A stretch of DNA of 63,754 nucleotides, counting the filler, from Reclinomonas americana ATCC 50394 (Eukaryota), in NCBI GenBank assembly GCA_048213135.1. It is 4 parts of one record of this genome, joined end to end, with 100 filler letters (N's around TTAATTAATTAA, not from the genome) between each part and the next. Parts side by side here need not be neighbours in the genome. Positions count along the whole stretch, not along the records: positions 1 to 12,213 come from PS015036.1; positions 12,314 to 41,892 come from PS015036.1; 2 more parts are not named here. One strand, 5' to 3'. How positions within the stretch are numbered: the first letter of the stretch is position 1; every line of letters starts with the position of its first letter. The notes beneath the pieces were generated by a model. That model saw nothing but the letters and a program-made list of their open reading frames with translations, did not search any database and was not told the origin of the DNA. The position numbers and the translations under genes are program-made. Below are positions 1-12,920 of the stretch, piece by piece.

Positions 1-3000
1 GCACGCAACTGGCCCAGTCGGGCGGCGGGTCGGCGGGATCGTACTTGCGCCAGTGCGGATCGAGGACGTGTTGCATCTGCTCCAGTTCGCTGCTCGTGTA
101 GCCGCTGCCGACCTTGCAGACGGTGTGCCATCTGTCGCCATGGTGACCACAAGGGACGGAGCTGGTGATCCACGAAACGCAATCACGCAACTCGTCGATC
201 GGACCACCGGGCACCGAGGCGTGGGAGACGCCGAGCAAAAAGTGTGAGATGTGACGGTGGCGACCCTTGGCGTGCTTCGTGCCATAGTAGCCACCTGCGA
301 CAACACAGCAATGAGAGACAAAGGCAGCGTACACATGCCATCCACCAACCCCTTCACGCACCAATGACCAGCAGATCCAGGTCGGCACCACTGGCCACGT
401 CTCCCATGTCGGGTTTCAGCTTCATCCACACGCGTGCCGGTCGGTCGCCGGGGAAGTACTTGGACGACTGCACCTTGATCATGATGCCCTCGTCGCTGAC
501 GAGAGAGAGGTGAGTGAGGTGGAATAAAATAGCGTACAAGAGGGAGGCAAAACGTACCCACGAGCCACGGCCTCCGTGAGCACGGTCACCGCAGTCTTGG
601 AGTCAGGCAGCGGCAATTGCTCAACCACCTGCAGCAAGTTCGGCTCCGGCCTTTCCACCACGCGACGCAGCAGAGCGTAGCGTTCCTTCTGCGGCATCTC
701 GATCAAGCTCTTGCCATTCAGGAGCAGCAGATCGAACACGCAGTCTGCCATGAACACAAAGGCNNNNNNNNNNNNNNNNNNNNNNNNNNNNNNNNNNNNN
801 NNNNNNNNNNNNNNNNNNNNNNNNNNNNNNNNNNNNNNNNNNNNNNNNNNNNNNNNNNNNNNNNNNNNNNNNNNNNNNNNNNNNNNNNNNNNNNNNNNNN
901 NNNNNNNNNNNNNNNNNNNNNNNNNNNNNNNNNNNNNNNNNNNNNNNNNNNNNNNNNNNNNNNNNNNNNNNNNNNNNNNNNNNNNNNNNNNNNNNNNNNN
1001 NNNNNNNNNNNNNNNNNNNNNNNNNNGCCATGAGAACGGTGATACTCGCAGAGAGGAGCGCGACCACACGCAACAGCAGAAATTCTCGTCCTCCAACACC
1101 TCGTCTCCGTCGGCAAGCAATCCTGTAGGCGAGAGTGTGTGAGCATGGTGGAGCTGTCACTCGCCAGAGGCGTGCACACTTACCGTGCGATCGGTTGGCA
1201 CCAAACTTCTTGAAGGTGCCCGCCTGCTTGCTGTACACCATCATCTCGCCGTCGAGGATGCAGCTGTTCAGGCCCATTCAGTGTGCAGCTCGCTGTTGTC
1301 TTTTTTGCACAGGCGATGGATGATCTCACCTCTGCACCTTGTCGCTGAGACGCGACTTGAGCACGTCCACGTAGCGAGAGTAGAATCGGTCGTAGGCGTG
1401 CCCGTTCCTGCACCAGCACAGATGAGTGACACGAAGAGAAGACAACGGATGCCAACAAGTACATGCCTGGAGAAGAAGCGGATCTTGTGGCCCTCGATGT
1501 GCACCTGGATGCGCTCGCCGTCGTACTTGAGCTCCCACGAGAGCTCCTCCGGACGCGAGCCCTGCAGCGCGCCACAAACACGGGTGGATGCATCGTCACC
1601 CTCTTCTCGGAGACGAGCGAGACGCAACTTTATCCGTGCCACGCAGCAAATCGTCAATGTGTCGCACGTCGCGCAACGGTGCCGCCAGCATGGGTCGCAC
1701 GCAGGCGAACAGGCGAATGGGCTGCATAGGGCGTGAGATAGCGTTGCGACCACAATCCAAAGAACCATCGCCCACCACGCTCACCGTCTGGTCCAGATGG
1801 AACGCCCGATCGCGACACTTGACGGCCACCTCTTGCAAATCGGAACACGCACTGTGCAGCTTCTCGGCGTCGGTGTGGTACGCCTTGAGCATGGTGGCAT
1901 GGTTGACGCCCATCTTCATTTCTGCGAGACGAGAGTGAGTAACAGGGGAGTGGGAAGCGACGCGAACGGCTGCGTGACCCTTCAGGATGATGCGCATGAG
2001 CCAGCGTTGCTCCAACGGCGTCGTCTTCTGCAACAGCGTGAAGAGGTGTTCACGCTTCTTGGCCGGCTCCGGCGCACTGGCCAACTCGTCCAGCATGTGG
2101 TTCACATCGGCCACCGTCAGCGTCGATTGCTGCGTCGACAGTGTCGACATGACTTTGTACACCACGTCGGAAAAGTAGGCCGTCTGTGATGGCAGCAGTG
2201 AGCTCTCCCATCCCTCTCTCTCTCTCAGAGGTTCACGAAACATTGGAGCGGAAGCCGCCTCCAGTGCCATCCTTCCAGTACATCAGGCTGCGCGCCTTCT
2301 CGCTCGTCTTCGGCAGCTGGTACAAGTCGATGATCATGTGCGCGATCTTCTTGTCCTTCAGGCCGTACGTGCCACGCAGAGCCTCATCCAGCTGCATGCA
2401 GTTTCAGTGAGAAGGAGGGGAGGGGAGGGAGGGGANNNNNNNNNNNNNNNNNNNNNNNNNNNNNNNNNNNNNNNNNNNNNNNNNNNNNNNNNNNNNNNNN
2501 NNNNNNNNNNNNNNNNNNNNNNNNNNNNNNNNNNNNNNNNNNNNNNNNNNNNNNNNNNNNNNNNNNNNNNNNNNNNNNNNNNNNNNNNNNNNNNNNNNNN
2601 NNNNNNNNNNNNNNNNNNNNNNNNNNNNNNNNNNNNNNNNNNNNNNNNNNNNNNNNNNNNNNNNNNNNNNNNNNNNNNNNNNNNNNNNNNNNNNNNNNNN
2701 NNNNNNNNNNNNNNNNNNNNNNNNNNNNNNNNNNNNNNNNNNNNNNNNNNNNNNNNNGGGCTGCAGATCACAGGCAACAAACCTCGGGCATGAAGAGTCG
2801 CAGGAAGGGATGGGTGGATCCGTCGCGCACCGAGTCGATGAACTTGGTGAACACCTCCAGCTTCTTCTTGCTGCCCTTGGTGGCGAGGATCTTCTCGAAC
2901 ACACTGCAACCGGAGATACAATGTGGGCACTTTGGTCGCGCCACTTGAAGTCACACTTTTACGACACCAATTGAACCCCACCAGCACCACCACCACGCAA

Positions 3001-3117
3001 CTTGCAGAGACTCACAAAGAGCACAGTCTTGTCGCGCTCACGAAGACCGGGCGGGTCTTGCGCACGAGTGTGCCCACGCGATGAGGACCCGGAGGCAGCA
3101 GAGGCCGCCGCCGACAT
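1..3117 (-). CDS. LIG4: DNA ligase IV, multi-exon; 3' part runs off the window start
   Basis: Spliced exons give RGTYGLKDKKIA, EQRWLMRIILK-EMKMG, RPMLA, the adenylation motif ELKYDGERIQVH, CILDGEMMV, FDLLLLNG, EGIMIK and WMKLKPD..DLDLLVIG. This matches LIG4-type ATP-dependent ligases. ATG at 3117. Confidence 0.9.
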
Positions 3118-3306
3118 GGTCTCCTCTCGCTCGACACACGAATGAAAACTGATGTAAAGAAGGACAACTCGATGTCGACGTGCTCTTCTTTTTTTCCGCT
3201 TTCATTCAGAGGTTGGTCAGTCGATGCAAGAGGGCGTACTCGAGCAGTGCACTCTCCAGCTCGGCGGTGCGTTCGGCCAGCTGATCACGCTGCGAGAATG
3301 AGCGAG

Positions 3307-3987
3307 TCAGCACCACGTCGACCGAGATCGAGTTTGTGCACACACCTCCTCTTGCAACACTGTGCTGCGTTGCTCCTGGTCGACCAGTCGACGGCGGAGT
3401 GCATACTGCTGCTGGTACAGCGAACGTAGATGCGCCGGTGTCGACGCTTGCGGCAACTCAACGTCGACGTCGATGACTGTGGCCCATGAGCTAGAATGCA
3501 CAGCAGGCGCGTGGCTCGTGCCCGGGCGTCGCTCCAGCATCTCTCGCACAAAGGCACTCACGAATGCCGAGTTGCCTGCGGCCGGAGCTGCAGCCGCAGC
3601 AGTGGAAGTGACGATCACAGGCGCGGGTGGCCTCTTGTCGTCGTCGTCGTCGTCGTCACGGATGAGCGGAGACAAGGGCGACTCGGGGTCACTCTCGTCC
3701 ATCTCCATTGGCGCATCATAGATGTCGTCCTCCTCCGCCTGCTCTCTCCGCCGAGCTTGTGGCGGTGATGGTGGCGCAGTGGTCTTCAGTCGCTGAATGT
3801 CCAACGAGGCACTGGCGACGACACTCGACACTGTCGCACTGCGCGACGCAGCATCGCCTCCTGTGGAACGACGCATGCGCTCAAAGAACTCACGCTGTTG
3901 GCGCTCTCGGGCACTGCCACCACCATGGCCACCACCACCACCACCTCCGCGACGAGTGTCGAGAACAGAACTGTGTGTGCGAGGCAT
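3307..3987 (-). CDS. Hypothetical low-complexity protein with an N-terminal RQQREFFE...SLDI motif
   Basis: Open frame from ATG 3987 (just after a GA microsatellite) to the stop at 3307, with coding-like composition. Introns are not excluded. Confidence 0.45.
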   Translation of the reverse strand: MPRTHSSVLDTRRGGGGGGGHGGGSARERQQREFFERMRRSTGGDAASRSATVSSVVASASLDIQRLKTTAPPSPPQARRREQAEEDDIYDAPMEMDESDPESPLSPLIRDDDDDDDKRPPAPVIVTSTAAAAAPAAGNSAFVSAFVREMLERRPGTSHAPAVHSSSWATVIDVDVELPQASTPAHLRSLYQQQYALRRRLVDQEQRSTVLQEEVCAQTRSRSTWC

Positions 3988-3993
3988 GAGAAG

Positions 3994-4024
<31 letters not shown>

Positions 4025-4150
4025 GATGTGAGTGAGGCAACAAGAGGGGCACCGTGCAGAGCCACCGGACCAGCGCTGCATGGGAAGAAACACACAGGTT
4101 CAACTGGACGACTTTGCACGAAAGTGACGTGGCGTTCATTTTGTTTGTCC

Positions 4151-5552
4151 TCACGACCACGGTGTTGCCGGGCATCCTTGCGTGCAGCTGCCAACAAACA
4201 TGAGCTCTCCTCTATCGTAGCATGAGTAAAATAGTTATTACGCAACTTGAATCCGTTGCATCCGTCAATCCACGACAGCGGCTCGTGCACCTCTGACGAG
4301 TCCTGCGCTTGCCAGAAGCGCTCGAGAGCGTCGGAGAGCGTGACACCACCGACGTGCATGCGCGTGAAATCGTCACTGGTTGCCGCGCAGTGCGAGAAGC
4401 AGGCGCCGGCCCAGACCCCATGCGGCGGGCTGTCCCGGGCGGTGAACACGGTCAGCAGGGCAAAGAAGCCGGGTCGGAAGGTGTTCAGCGCATAGGTCTT
4501 CTCCTCGGTGGTCCACGCGCTCGGAGCGCCCCACTGGCCCAAGTCGGTGGACAGCTGCCACGCGTCATACTGCTCCGTGTGCACCAGCGTCGGCGTCTTG
4601 ACAAACGGCATGGCCACGCTGCTGAACAGACACATCCACGGCTTGGCGGCATTGGCCGCCACACACGCCTTGTTCAGCACCGGCTGCCACAACTCGTAGC
4701 CGGCATGCGCAATGGCCTCCAGCGAAGGCACGCGGTCGGGATGCAGCGTAGGCAGGTTGGTGAGCCAGCCGGCGTCGGCAAAGCCCGCGTGCAGCGGCAC
4801 CACCGACGCCGCCACATCCACCGTGTTGACCACGCCCTGCCCACCGGCCGAGCACCCGGCATACAGCACGCGACTGACGCCCGGACGCAGGCCATGCACC
4901 TGCACGAGATCCTCCATGGCCGCACGCACATGCGCCAGCCCGCGGAACACAAAACCAGCGGCGTCGGGCTGCGTTCGGTTGCCAGCAAACATGTCGCTGG
5001 AGCAGTACCTGCAAACGAGGCATGAGCGCGTGCATGTAAAAGGGACGTGGGTGAGCGACAGACACGCAACTGCACAAAGGCCAAGTGTGCGTCGGCAAAG
5101 AGCGCGTTCTTGGCGGCGCTCGGCGACAGCAGGCCGCCATCAAACGCCACCTGCTGCTTCCACGGGTGACTGCTCATCAACTCGGGATTCGACTTGTACC
5201 GCTGGCGACACGACTGCTCGTCTTGGCACCACGCACCACCCTGCAAGCAAGAGAGTGAGAAAAGAGAGTGAATGACAGTGTGTTTGTGTGCGCGCAAACC
5301 TGCAGGAAGACGACCCATGTGTCGGAGGTACCCGGGCGATAGTAGTAGCCACCGGGTGTCTGGTCGTTGCACACAGCGCCTGTGTGTGTGAGGGAGGAGA
5401 GTGAGGCAGTGAGTCGCGGAGCAATCACACTGGTGGAGAAAGAGATGAGGACCTCGCGACTGCGCGTCGGTGTACAAGTGCAGCGTGGCCATGGGCGCGG
5501 CGCATGCACACACGGCCAGAGCAAGCAACAGCAACAACAGCACGCTGCGCAT
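4151..5552 (-). CDS. Secreted Notum / pectin acetylesterase family carboxylesterase
   Basis: Signal peptide MRSVLLLLLLLALAVCACAA, then AVCNDQTPGGYY, FLQGGAWC, YCSSD, nucleophile motif GCSAGG, QYDAWQL, CFSHC and C-terminal DGCNGFNCTQGCP. Splice phases were consistent at the junctions checked. Confidence 0.88.
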
Positions 5553-5633
5553 CTCTCAGAGGCGACAAGAAATGACAAGTTTTGTCCCGCCCGCGCCACC
5601 GTTACTAGTATACTCTCCTGTCTCCAGCGAGTC

Positions 5634-7176
5634 ATGACGACCACGATCGTGAGCAGTGTGGAGTTTGTGCGCGAGGTGACGCAGCGCGCGCATGAGCTCA
5701 TTCGCGACACCGCGTGCAACGATCGCGACACACTGTATGAGCTCACGCGGATGCTGGAGTTGGACTCGCGAGGAGTCGAGGCGCCTGATCCACTCGCCGG
5801 CGACGATGCTGTGTGCCTGGAGGTCTCCTGCTCACTCTCACTATCACTTGTGCTCTTACACGCGCTGACTGTGACGTCGCGTAGTTGTTGCGAAAGCTGG
5901 TGATTCTGTTGGATACGGTGGATCATCGCGCGTTGCCCATGATGAGCAGCAGCATGTCGAAGCGGCAGCGCAAGAAGAAGAAGATGAAGGCGAGCAGTGA
6001 GGAGACAGGTGCATCGTCGTCATCGTCGTCGGTGACGGTGACGACACTGGGAGCGTTTGGGAGGATCTGTGTGCACGCGCTGCTGGCTCGCTTGTTCTCG
6101 CGGGTCGGTGACTTGTACACGGGCGAGGCGAGGGAGCTGTGGGAGCACGCGATCAAGGGCTGCCTGACGCTGGTGGAGAGCGAGGTTTGTCGGGTTGACA
6201 ACTGTTTGGTTTCGTTGGGCTCATCATATGCATCGCCTTGGGCCAGCCGAGCGATCGTGATCGGGAGGTGGAGTGTGCCAAGCTGTATGCCGTGCAATCG
6301 CTGGCGCAGTTTGTGCACTTTCACGGCCACGCCTTGTCGGGCCGTGAGCACGCGTGGGTCGGCAGCAGTCGGGCGGCCATTGAGCGGCAAGTGCTGCGGC
6401 GCGATGTGCGGCAGCAACGCCTGAACTCGGTGTGTGAGCAGATCTCGTCGCTCCTGTTCCACAGTGAGCACTCCTCGGCCTACACGCTGTATTCGATCTT
6501 GGCGTGGACGGTCGGCTTGGCGGCGCCGGTGCTGGCCCTGTGGCAGCGCAATTACGAGTGGCTCGGCTTGTCGGTGGCGTTGCGTCGTCTTTGTTTGATG
6601 TGCCTCACGCGTGCGCGTAGCTATGTTGCTCACGTGCGCGCAGCATGGATGCACTGCTGGTGGCCGGCACCATGTCGGAACAGGCCACGCGCCAGCGCAC
6701 ACTGCAGTTCCTGCTGGAGCCCAGCACGTTCATTGTGCACGATGTCGACATGCTCTCCCGCATGTACGCCCAAGGTGTGTGTGTGTGTGTGTGAGGGGGA
6801 GAGAGAAAGAGGGAGAGGGAGAGAAAAGGCAAAGTGAGTGTCGTGATATATCTCGGATTGGCATTGTGGGGTGGTGTATTGATTGATGTACATGGTATCA
6901 CACTGCTCACTCATTGGTGCGTTTTTTTCTCCACTCGTACTCGCAGAGCACGAGGAGGACTATAGCGGACGCGACGCGACAAGCTCCACAGTTGCGTGAC
7001 CGGGCAAGAGAGACGAGGGGTTGGACATGTTCACCGCACGCTCTCTCCGTCGGCGCGCGCAAACTCACTTTCGTGCACCTGTTCTATCGTGCTTCTGCTT
7101 CCACGTTGATCACAGTCCACCGTGAGTGTGTGGTGGCTATGGAGGGGCGTGGACATTTGTTCTCGCTCACCCTCCG

Positions 7177-7223
<47 letters not shown>

Positions 7224-7681
7224 CCATGTTCCACAGGTGCCACCACCGGCAAACAGCAGATCATCTGCAGCGGCACCACCGCCGGACGCACCTAGCGATG
7301 ACAGGAGCGTGATGACGACAGAGGTGCGTGAGTGTGCGTGTCTACTGTAGATTTGCGCGACCGTCACATGCGTGCGCGCTCACGAGGCCTGCAGGTCGCA
7401 CACGGCACCGGTGGAGTTGTGCGTGCACGCTCCTCCTCGACGCCGCCCACCGGTGCGAGCGAGTACGCTCGAGGTGCGCATGTCGCGTCTCCCGTCGCCA
7501 GACCTTCTCCCTCTCCCTCTCCAACTGACACCCAACTCACGTGCACACAGGCACCGGCTCGCAGCCGCCGTCGACGCAGCCGTTCAAGGAGGTGGCGCCG
7601 ACGCGGCGAGGTGCGCGCACTGGCAGTGGCGGCAACGGTGGGAAGAACCGGCGGCCGGGACGACCGGATCACGGACGTTGA
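5634..7681 (+). CDS. Hypothetical multi-exon protein, probably helical
   Basis: Successive coding-like + frames (MTTTIVSSVEFVRE..., LRKLVILLDTV..., VECAKLYAVQSLAQFV...) separated by GT-AG introns. No recognisable family; 3' end uncertain. Confidence 0.45.
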
Positions 7682-7830
7682 CCAAGATTGGCGTGCAGGT
7701 TGATTCTTTGACCAAATAAGCCTTTATATACTATACTGGCGCACTCGACGATGCATACGTCCGATGTCATTGGTATCACATAGAGAAGCTTCCCTGGACC
7801 ATTCGGGGCTTAGCAACAAAAGCATTACGA

Positions 7831-10004
7831 TCATTGTTCATTATCTGCATTTGCCGAGGAGCGGTTGTGGTTGTGGTGACGGTGATGATGGTGATGGTCA
7901 AGCATTTCGTCCAGCGACCGCTTCCCTAATTCGTTTGTCGCTGTTCCTCCTCCGCCGTTGGTTGTACGTGGAGGCTGATGCCGCGTGTCCACGGCGGCCG
8001 CCGTGGGTGGACTGCGCGGTGCACAGAGGAGGAACTCGATGCGAGAGGCCTCTTGCTGCGTGATGGTACGACTGCGGGCCGCAGCTGCCGCCGCCGCCAC
8101 CTCCTGCTGGTAGAGCTGGTGTGCGAGCATGAGTTGTTGCGGCGAGGGCAGCTGAGGCGGAGGTGGTGGTGGAGGTGGTGGTTGCGGCGGCGCTGGTGGC
8201 GGAGGTGGCAGGAAGGGAGACGAGAACACCGGTGGCGACGAGTGATGTGCGTGAAGCTGGTGATACCCTTGCAGTGGGTGATGCGCCACCGGCAACGGTG
8301 CTGCCATCCTCATGCCGACACCACCGCCGACCACTGTCGCAGATGGTGTTAATGGTGCTGTTGCCAAGAGAGGTGGTGACGACCACGGCTGCTGTTGCGG
8401 TTGCTGCATCATGCTTAATTGCTGTGGCGGCGAGGCGAGGGGCGCCGGTGGCGGTACAGCGTACATGCCTCCGAGGCCCCTGGGCACCGGCATCGCTGAG
8501 CCAGTGTTCCACAACACTTGCGGCATCGGCTGTAGCACCACCGGTGGCTGCATCGGCTGCGGCGGTGACGGCAGTTGGCCGCCGTGCACCAGCAGCTGTT
8601 CACCGTCAAAGTCACCGACACGACGCCGTTTTCGTGCCACCACTACACCATCCCCACCATCCTCCAGCGAGCTCACGTGACCGCCGGACGACTTGCGCGA
8701 GCGTGGCACCTTGCCCGGTTGCGCTGGCACTGGTATCATGGGCGACGAGACCGGCATGAGCACTGGCAGGGTCGGCGAGTGCATGGGCAACATCGACACC
8801 GGTCCGGAACCAAAGTGCCGCGAAAGCTGCGCTGCAGCCAGTGCGGCCACCGCTGAGCCACCCACAGGACTACTCGTGGCACCAGTGACCGACGTGGTCG
8901 TGATGGAGTTGGTTCCGGTGGCGGCGGCGGTGGCGTTCTGCCCATGAGCATGGTACACGGGCGACAGAGGCAGCGGAACCACCACCGATAGCGGCTGCCT
9001 CGTGGCATAGCGCGGCACCGATGCATCCCCCAGAGGTGAGCCGCCAGAGTCACCAAACGGGGCAAGTCGATGGACGGGGGCGGACGATGTCGCCCCCGAA
9101 CCACCACCAGCGCGCTTCGCCTTGCGCCGTTCTTGCGCTCTGATGTATGCAAAACAAAAGCAAGAACAATCCCATGAGAACGAGGCACACGAGGCAGTGG
9201 GTGGCGACCTCCACAGAGACAGACACCAGTCTTAAATGCCGACCGGGCGTGCATAGAGAAAAACCAACACCAGGTTTGCCATACAGCCATCGCTCACACA
9301 CTAGCATGTCATCCCCCACGTCTCCCATGCCCTCTTGTGCTCCTCACTGCACGCTGCTAGCACAGAAACGTGCAACACTATGCTCTCGAGTGCTCACAGC
9401 GTTCACCAGCCGCAAGCAGGGGCAGAAGTGGGCGGTCGAAAAAAATCAGAGACATAGGTTGGAGATGACCGAGTACGACAACAAAAGAACCACCAAAAAT
9501 GGAAGCCCGTACAAGCCACGGCGATGAGTCCCATTGCAAGGCACGCACAGGTGACTGCTGCAACTGTGTGCCTGCAGTGGACGCTTGCCAAATGCGCTAG
9601 CCTCCACACCAACATTGCTCTCATGCAATTTTGGAGTAGCCGACGAGCGCTGTTCATCACACCATACACACACACCACCACGTGCCTCCCTCTCTCCCTC
9701 ACCCTCGCCCTCCCTCTTACACACATACACGCACCGTTTGTTCAGGAAAAAGTTGCGGATCTTCCACAGCGGCCGCGCTGTGCCCACCAACAACTCCATT
9801 TCATGAGCCGCCTCTTGCATGTCTTCCTCAGTCGGCCGCGGGTTGGTGCTATACACGCGATGCAACACACTCAGCTGCACACCATACACACACAGTCAGC
9901 CAACCACACAACACCAGCAGCAATAGAAGCAAGCCTATATGGGCACCTCGGCGTTGGAAAAGTACGTCTTCTTCTTAGCACCGCCCTGCTGCTGTCGTTG
10001 TTGC

Positions 10005-10039
<35 letters not shown>

Positions 10040-10429
10040 CTGTAGCTGCTGCTGCTGGTGATGCTGTTGCAGAAGCTGTTGCTGCTGAAGGGCAAGGAAG
10101 TCATGATGGGGGTCGCCCTGCAGGGCACTACTTGCACCTCGCGACGCCGCAAACGCCGCCATGGCCATCATCTGTTGCTGCTGCAGCTGCTGCTGTTGCT
10201 GGCGAAAGAGCGTGAACTGCACGCGATCATCATCGTCGTCAAAGTCGTCCACATCGTCGTCGTCGTCATCGTCGTCGTCGTCGTCGTCGAGATCGGAGTC
10301 GTGCTCATCGTCATCGTCGCCACTGTCGTCTTCTGGTGTCATGGAGTGACCACCACCTCTGCTTCCGCCCGTGCCTCGTGGTGGCCGTGACGCACGCTGG
10401 CCACTGTCTTGGTGGCGTTTTCGTTGCAT
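7831..10429 (-). CDS. Homeodomain transcription factor with poly-D, poly-Q and Pro-rich regions
   Basis: Removing intron 9875-9946 gives KKKTYFSNAELSVLHRVYSTNPRPTEEDMQEAAHEMELLVGTARPLWKIRNFFLNKRARR, with homeodomain F8, L13, L16, P26, F49, N51 and R53. Middle exons are uncertain. Confidence 0.75.
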
Positions 10430-12180
10430 CGCAAACGCTGCTTCTCCTTCTTCTCCAACACACGCACACGCACACGCACTCACAAACAGGAACAAGGCGA
10501 GAGGAGGAGGTATCTTTCCCCGGCTGTCTGTGGATTCTCGTCGACAAAATACGCACACACGCACGGTGAACACACACGAAGAGAGACAAAAGTGACGAAA
10601 GTCAACAAGTGTTCTGTGGTGATGGCGGTGTGAGCCGAATATAAAGCGCGCGTCACCCTATCTGTCTGTCTGTGTGAATGTCTGAAAGAAATCGCGTCTG
10701 TACAAACACACGACTGTTAATCGGCCATCACGGTACGGTTTCCACACGCGCATGTGCATGAAGGAGTGCGTGCGTGGTGCACGTGCAGTCAATGTACACC
10801 GTACGCTGCTAGCGTGTATGTTTTGTACGCGCATGTTTTTTTTGGCGAGCAAGATTCCTCACCCCGGAAAGGATATCGGCAGCCTGGCATCTTCTCAAAT
10901 TCACGCACCTCACTGCCACTGAAATGCACTTGCGTATTCACGTGGCAAACCAACTGCCGCGGCTGCATCCGGGGCATCAGGCCTTGCATCGCCCGTCGTC
11001 GTGTGTCCTAATCAAGAAAACGGCGCACCTTGCTGTCCAGAAAGAAACTACGCCGGCGGTGAAAACCATTGTGCGCACTCATCAATTACAAACGAGCACT
11101 ACGGCGAGGACAGCCCCGTGCGTGTGAGGGTGCACGTGAGGGTGGAAGAGAAAGAAAGTGTGTGTGAGTGCTGTCCACTGCATAAAGTGTCAGTCAGGGT
11201 TGAAAACACTGAATACCAAATTAGACCATTGTTGTATTGTCATGCGTGTTTCACGAGAACGTGTGCTTCTCATCCACCAACGACGCAAAGTCCACGTCCT
11301 CAATCACGTCCACCTCGTACTGCCTCAGTGCGCGCGCCAACAGCACAGCCAGTAGGTGCTTGCCTGCGCGTTTATGTGGGCGGGGGGAGCATGCGCGTTA
11401 GCAGCAATGAGGCGCACACCATGGCCCACCGCCACTCCCAAGCCCTCACATTACTGCCCCTATCGCCCCCTCAGACACACTCATGTGCACACACACACGC
11501 ATATGCATGCATGCACACACGCACAAAGAAAAAAGTACGAACAGCAGAAACAAGAAAACGAGACAGCGATTTCGGGGAAACTGTGGCGCATGGCTGACTC
11601 CGCGCACTGTCGTCCCCCTGAAAACAGCACAAAATGCACACGCACTGCACAAGAGTGGGGTACACAACGAGAAAGAGAGAGGCAGAGGCAGAGGCGACGC
11701 GTGAAAGACCAGCGAGTGAATCTTCCACGCGTCAAAGGTATGCTGACTCTCGCCAATAATGGGGAGGTACGGTTGTCATGAGGGCAACACCGCCGGCGAT
11801 CGCGCTCTCTCCCCCCGTATGCGCCCGCGAGACCCGCACGAGCAAAAAGAAGAAAGAGATCTCCGAACTGCTGAAATACAGGAGTTTCGCGAGGACGACT
11901 GCAGAGCAATGCACACAGTGGCACTCCCTTTGTGGCGGCAAAGAGAGAGATGCCGTCGAGGGAACAGAGAAAAAGACAAGCGCCGGGGCGCGGGGAAACC
12001 CCGCCGACAATGTCGGCGCACACACACAAAACAAACAAACGCACACAAAAAATGTTCGTGAGAAACAGGAACGGAACGGACAGCGATTAGTGTGTTCAGA
12101 GAGGGTGGAGACGGAGAAGTAGAAGGAGAAGAAAGATGACCGGAAGAGTGGGAGTTGAAGAAAAGAAGAAGAACACGCAT

Positions 12181-12213
<33 letters not shown>

Positions 12214-12257
12214 NNNNNNNNNNNNNNNNNNNNNNNNNNNNNNNNNNNNNNNNNNNN

Positions 12258-12269
12258 TTAATTAATTAA
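12258..12269. other. Artificial scaffold linker TTAATTAATTAA inside an N run
   Basis: Palindromic 12-mer with stops in all six frames, flanked by Ns. Identical at three places. Confidence 0.95.
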
Positions 12270-12346
12270 NNNNNNNNNNNNNNNNNNNNNNNNNNNNNNN
12301 NNNNNNNNNNNNNAGAGAGGGAGAGGGAGAGCATGGGGAGAGATAC

Positions 12347-12441
12347 CTCAACAAAAGCTCATCTGTGAGTCTGCCCTCGCGCTCGATCTCTTTCAGCAGC
12401 GCCTCGGCTTGCAGCTGCACAGGCACAACCACTTGTGTCAT
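12347..12441 (-). CDS. First exon of a gene cut by the scaffold end; weakly ZSWIM7/SWS1-like
   Basis: MTQVVVPVQLQAEALLKEIEREGRLTDELLL followed by a GTATCT donor. Resemblance to the ZSWIM7 N-terminus is from memory only. Confidence 0.3.
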
Positions 12442-12920
12442 TGCTGGTTCTCCTCCTCGTCGTTGATGATCAAGACACACACGCAAACCGGGACAACTTG
12501 AGGGTGACGTCGATGTCGACCTTGTGATTGTCGTGACGGGTCTTTGTTTCAGGAGAGTGGCTTGGAGACAGGCAGAGGGAGATGGGAAGGAGTGAAGGAG
12601 AGGAGAAAGCTGTTGCTGCCGATCTCAGACACAATCACGTTGGTCGGTCGCGACGTGTATCATGTATCGACGTCGCACCCACAGCTTGACGGTCGTGTTG
12701 TGAAGATAATGCCTTCGCCAAGTCAGCCAGTATACGTTCTGCTTCGTCCATTGTCTCCGCTGGCTTGCAATACGCACTTTGGCTTTCGAATCCATTGCCG
12801 ACACCACTTGTCTCGTCGGCTCAGTCGCTGCAATTCTCTGCCTCGGTCTCCACAGCTATCCGCATGCCGATAACTACCTATTCATTTTTCCCTGGCACTA
12901 CAACCAGTCCACTGGCGAGC

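Noticed and set aside
3307-4992. 561 aa ORF as a single fusion protein
   Set aside because: It is read-through. The esterase splices at 4246 to a terminal exon ending at 4151, and the rest crosses a microsatellite into a separate ORF.
9180-9580. Possible Cys/His zinc-binding domain after the homeodomain
   Set aside because: The Cys motifs fall in different frames and I could not fix the exon phases.
10600-12213. Numerous short ORFs upstream of the homeobox gene
   Set aside because: No coding signature or consistent exon chain; probably promoter or intergenic DNA.
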